A DNA stretch of 64,000 nucleotides from Mobula hypostoma. Lineage: Eukaryota. The stretch lies in contig NC_086101.1 in assembly GCF_963921235.1 (NCBI RefSeq), positions 12,030,001 through 12,094,000 on the forward strand, read 5' to 3'. Positions 59,605 to 64,000 of this stretch are shown piece after piece; within the stretch, counting starts at the first letter, position 1, and each line of letters opens with the position of its first letter. The notes beneath the pieces are model-generated. The model was not told the origin of the DNA. It saw nothing but the letters and a program-made list of their open reading frames with translations, and ran no database searches. The position numbers and the translations under genes are program-made.

Positions 59605-60494
59605 AATTAATGAAATGCACATGTAGTGTTTTTTTTTATTATTATTAAGTGCAATCATGAACAATAGCCAGATCAGAAATGCTGATCAAGTCAACTAGTT
59701 CCCAAAGAGAACTCTGATAGGCCAATCAGATGGTTCACTGCTGCTCAGCGATAGAACACAAAGAAATCATAGGTACAATTAAACAATAGAAATACTGGAG
59801 TCATGATGAAGTCTGCTGGGGAGAGACATTTATACACATTTATAATTCAAAGAGATTGAAGGATAAGGTTGCAGATTGACAAAACGTGGCAGGAGCACTT
59901 GGAGCTAAAAACTAATCCCTACCGGGAGAAAACAGCACCTGTTCTTTCTGCACTGTTCTCCAGCAGTTTAAGGACTAAGTCCAGCCGGAACATAACTCAC
60001 AAGTGCTCTTGAAAGTCAGGTATTAACCCTACCTACCAATAACCAAGCATTTCCATCCTGGTCCCCTTCATGATAGCTAATGAAGAAGCATGTGACTTCC
60101 CTATGATAGGTGTTTGTGCACTCGACTCTTGAAGGCTTGGACCCCATTGTCGCAGATGTTTCCAACCACAGCATCTGGAAGGCTGTTCCAAATACTGACA
60201 GCACAGTGAAGGAAGCTGCTATCCAGTGTGTAGGTTCTCGCATCAAGCATAGAAAATATGCATGAGCAGGCATAGATAAATGTAAATAAGGTGTTCTTAT
60301 TTTCAACTGTCTGTACAAAATATCTTAAGTCAAATGACACTCTCTTTATGCAGAATCCACAGCAAGGAAAAGCTGCTTTCTGGGTCTATTGAAGGTGGAC
60401 CAGTGTTCATTTCAAAAATTAAAAAGTACATTTATTATCAGAATACCTTGGGATTCATTTTCTTGCAAGCATTTACAGGAAGAATAAAGAATTT

Positions 60495-61005
60495 AGGGTC
60501 ATAGAGCCATAGAAAAGCACAGAACAGAAACAGGCCATTTGACCCATCTAGTCTGTGCCAAAATCATTTAAACTGCTTACTCCCATCGACCTCTGTACTC
60601 CCTACCATCCAATGTTGAAATTGTGCTGGCATGCACCACTTGTGCTGGTAACTCATTCCACATTCTCTCAACCCCAAGTGAAGAAGTTTCCCCTCATGTT
60701 CCCCTTAAACATTTCACCTTTTGCCCTTAAACCATAACCTCTAGTTGTAGTCCCACCCAACCTCAGTGGAAAAAACCTGTTTGCATTTACCCTTCTATAC
60801 CCCTCATAATTTTGTTTACCTCTATCAAATCTCCTCTCAGTCTTCCATGTTCCAAGCAATAAATTCTTAACCTATTCAATTCTTCCATATAATTCAGGTC
60901 CAACAGACCCAGCAACATTTTCTCTGTAAATTTTCTCTGCACTCTTTCAACCTTATTTACATCTTTCCTGTAGGTAGGTGACCAAAACTGTACAAAATAC
61001 TCCAA
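60495..61005 (-). mobile_element. CR1 3' fragment
   Basis: EYFVQFWSPTYRKD and RGDLIEV. Confidence 0.8.
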
Positions 61006-61025
61006 ATAATAGTTATGAAAAAATA

Positions 61026-61324
61026 GTGTGGCGTGTGGCCAAGTGGTTAGGGCGTTGGACTAGCGATCTGAAGGTCGTGGGTTTGAGCCTCGGCCAGGGC
61101 AGCATGTGTGTCCTTGAGCAAGGCACTTAACCACACAGTGCTCCAGTCTACCCAGCTGAGAATGGGTACCGGCAAAAATGCTGGGGGTTACCTCACGATA
61201 GACTGGCGTCCTATCCGGGGCGGGGGGGCGGGGGGAGTCTCATACTCTCAGTTACTTCACACCACAGAAACCGGTATAAGCACCGGCCTGATGGGCCACA
61301 AGGCTCGAGACAGACTTTTTAAAA
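61026..61324 (+). mobile_element. tRNA-derived SINE
   Basis: A box tggccaagtgg, B-box-like ggtttgagcc, central gtccttgagcaaggcacttaacc; flanking agttatgaaaa direct repeat (61011 and 61325). Confidence 0.75.
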
Positions 61325-61864
61325 AGTTATGAAAACCTATGAAGACCAATAAAACTACCAGTATGTAAAATAAGGCAAATTGTGTAAATAAAAAATAATC
61401 CTGAGAACATGGATTGGAAAGAGTCCTTGAAAGTAGGTTGTAGAGTCAGGTGGTGAGTGAAGAGGTGTAGGTAATGACTTGAGGCTTCTGTAACTCCTGC
61501 CCGATGGTGGTAGTGAGAAGAGAGCGTGGCCTGGATAGGAGTTCTTGATGACGAATGCTACTTTCTTGTGGCAGGTAAGTTTTCAGCTCTACCTGTAAGT
61601 TTTTTTTGTATGGGTTTTCACAGACTTACATTTGTATACTGTCTTGGACAATCCCAAGGCATCCCAAAGCCAGTGAAGTCACTGCTGTCCAGCAGTTTAT
61701 GATCTTTGAAATCCGGGAACCTCCCATCGGTGGATGGACTGCTGAGACGTGAGGAAAGATGGGCAGTAAATATCGTTGCGAATTCGCACTAATATTACAT
61801 TTACCCTACTGACAGCTGGTAAAAGGTTTATTTAACTCTGTTTGAAGGCGTAATTGAGGACAAA

Positions 61865-62510
61865 TGTCTGGCCCTGTCAAATGGGTGAGACTGAGATGTG
61901 AGTCCACCCGGAAACCCCCCGTTTGTGTGGATGCTGTGTGAGTTACATAGAAAACCTACAGCACAGCACAATACAGGCCCCTCGGCCCACAAAACTGTGC
62001 CGAACATATTCCTACCTTAGAAATTACTCGGCTCACCCATAGCCCTCTATTTTTCTAAACTCCATGTACCTATCCAAAAGTCTGTTAAAAGACTTTTACA
62101 AATCAGTACCCACGAATTAACAGACGGTACACCACATGCAATTAAACGATTTAGCTTTACAATTCTTAATTTGTCTGCAGGGTGAGTGAAGAAAATGCAA
62201 AAAAAGAAAATGGCCCATTTTAATCAATGTGTCTAATGTGCACAAGTTGGAGCTCACGGTTTCCCCTTCGCAGATCCTCCAGTCCCCCCAGCCTTCGTCG
62301 GGTCATGGCCCCGCTCTGGCATCTTCTCTCTTCATCTGGGTCTTTCCTTCCCGCTGAACAAAAGACCCAGATCACCCTGGTGTCAGGCACACAGCACGAA
62401 AACACCCTCCGGTCATTGGACGGCTCACATTCCAAAGCACCTGTTATCTCAAACCATAACCCAAACACTGACCATTACATTAGCAGTGAAACCTTTCCCA
62501 GGGTGTTACA
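61865..62510. mobile_element. LTR-like element related to 19551-20077, with a nested CR1 tail at about 61945-62095
   Basis: Shares gtggatgctg..ttacaaatcagtaccc..atgcaattaaacgatt.agcttta.aattcttaat and ends tgttaca; left boundary uncertain. Confidence 0.55.
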
Positions 62511-62844
62511 CAGACTCACAACTTGTACGATATGCGAGGTGATCAGCCTCAGGGTTGTGGGTCTCTTTGTGCTCTGACTCCCAGACTGGGGGAGGGGGAG
62601 GTTTCTCCTGTCTGAGTGTCAGTACTGGTTATCTAGTTTTTATTTAGAGATGGGGAGCACGAACAGGACCTTTCAGCCCAATGTGCAGAATTACACCCAG
62701 GGTTTGGTGCAGGAGATCTGCTTTATTTATCACATATTCATGGCAACATGCAGTGAAACTCGTCATTTTGCATGAGCAATCAACGCAGTTTGAGGATGTG
62801 CTAGGGCAGCCCACGGGTGTTGCCGTGCTTCGAGCCCCAACGTA

Positions 62845-63323
62845 TAAGGGGTGATTGATAAGTTTGTGGCCTAAGGTAGAAGGAGTCAATTTTAGAAAAC
62901 CTAGCACATTTATTTTTCCTACATTTACACACTTAGTCCAGCGGTCATGGAGCATATGGGTCCCTTCTTTGTAGAAGTTGGCATCTTGATTGATACGTTT
63001 GTGGATTAAGGTAGAAGGAGATGAGTTATTAACTTCAAACTTTCTGCATTTTCACTCAAAGAGTTGAACTGCACGTGCATGTAACGAGAGCTGTATAACT
63101 CATCTCCTTCTACCTTGGGCCATGAACTTATCAATCACCCCTGTGGACCACTTCTGGAGGTCCAAGACGCCGACTTCTACAAAGAAGGGATCCATATGCT
63201 CCACGACCGCTGGACTAAGTGTGGGAGTGGGGGGGGGGGGAACTATATTGAAAAATAAATATGCCAGGTTTTCTAAAATTGATTCCTCCTACCTTAGGCC
63301 ACAAACTTATCAATCGCCCCTTG
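62845..63323. mobile_element. Palindromic mariner-derived MITE
   Basis: TA flanks; long TIRs aggggtgattgataagtttgtggcctaaggtag; the arms encode a mariner C-terminus (FYKEGIHMLHDRWTKCV..NYIEK*). Confidence 0.85.
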
Positions 63324-63459
63324 TAGCACGTCCACGATTTACCAACCTTAAGTCTTTAGAATGTGGAGGGGAAACTGGAGCACCCGGAGGAAACCCATAT
63401 GGACAAACTCCTTACATTTGCAGAAACTGTTTTAAATAGTGTTTGATTACATCGTTGGA

Positions 63460-64000
63460 GTCATACAACACTACAGCACAGAAACAGACTCGTCAGTCGA
63501 TCTAGTCTGTGCCGAACTATTGATTGCCTAGTCCCATCGACCGGCACCTGGACCATAGCCCTCCATACTCATCCAGTCCACATGCCTGTCCAATTTCCTC
63601 TTAAATGTTCGAATTGAATCTGAATCCACCGCTTATGGTGGCAACTTGTTCCACCCTCTGATTGAAGAAATCTCCCTTCATGTTCCCCTTAAATACTATC
63701 TATAACCCCCATAACTTGTATACCTCTATCAAATTTCCCCTCAGTCCCCTACGCTCTTGGAAATAAAGTTCTAACTTATTCAACATTTCCCTATAGCTCA
63801 GATCCTCAAGTCCTGGCAACATCCATGTAAGTTTTCTCTAATTGAAAATCTTTCTTGTAGATGGGTCGGTAAAACTGCACACAATTCACCAAATTTGGCC
63901 TCGCCATCATCTTGTGCAACTTCAACGTAATATCCTAATTACTATACTCAATACTTGGATTTCCAAAGGTCAATGTGCCAAAAGCTCTTTTTACAACCCT
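63460..64000 (-). mobile_element. CR1 3' portion running off the window
   Basis: Similar to 3830-4470. Confidence 0.8.

Noticed and set aside
61026..61100. tRNA gene
   Set aside because: The tRNA-like head runs into a SINE body with flanking direct repeats, and no convincing cloverleaf is visible.
1..64000. CRISPR array, rRNA or prokaryotic operon
   Set aside because: No regularly spaced short repeats or rRNA-like sequence were seen; the window is intron-rich vertebrate DNA.

Overview
Vertebrate genomic DNA, most likely from a cartilaginous fish (ray or shark; inferred from its mix of CR1, Penelope, Rex/Babar and V-SINE repeats). The window holds the 3' part of one + strand gene, MDC1 (mediator of DNA damage checkpoint 1). 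I built 12 coding exons between 1909 and the stop at 59518, all with GT-AG sites and matching phases, giving about 820 aa that end in the tandem BRCT domain; an AATAAA follows at 59599. The N-terminal FHA/SDT exons must lie upstream of the window. The introns are mostly transposable elements: many CR1 LINEs, a Penelope element, hAT, Tc1, Tigger and mariner DNA elements, a non-autonomous Helitron, solo LTRs and SINEs. Main findings: (1) a recently triplicated 177-bp in-frame exon just before the BRCT domain; (2) older paralogous phase-1 micro-exons carrying TQx[F/Y] modules; (3) a tail-out inverted Penelope insertion 52 nt from an exon, with an intact hammerhead ribozyme in the sense of the pre-mRNA; (4) a Helitron with STPR-like repeats, whose empty site is visible in a paralogous duplicate. 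No prokaryotic systems or CRISPR arrays were seen.
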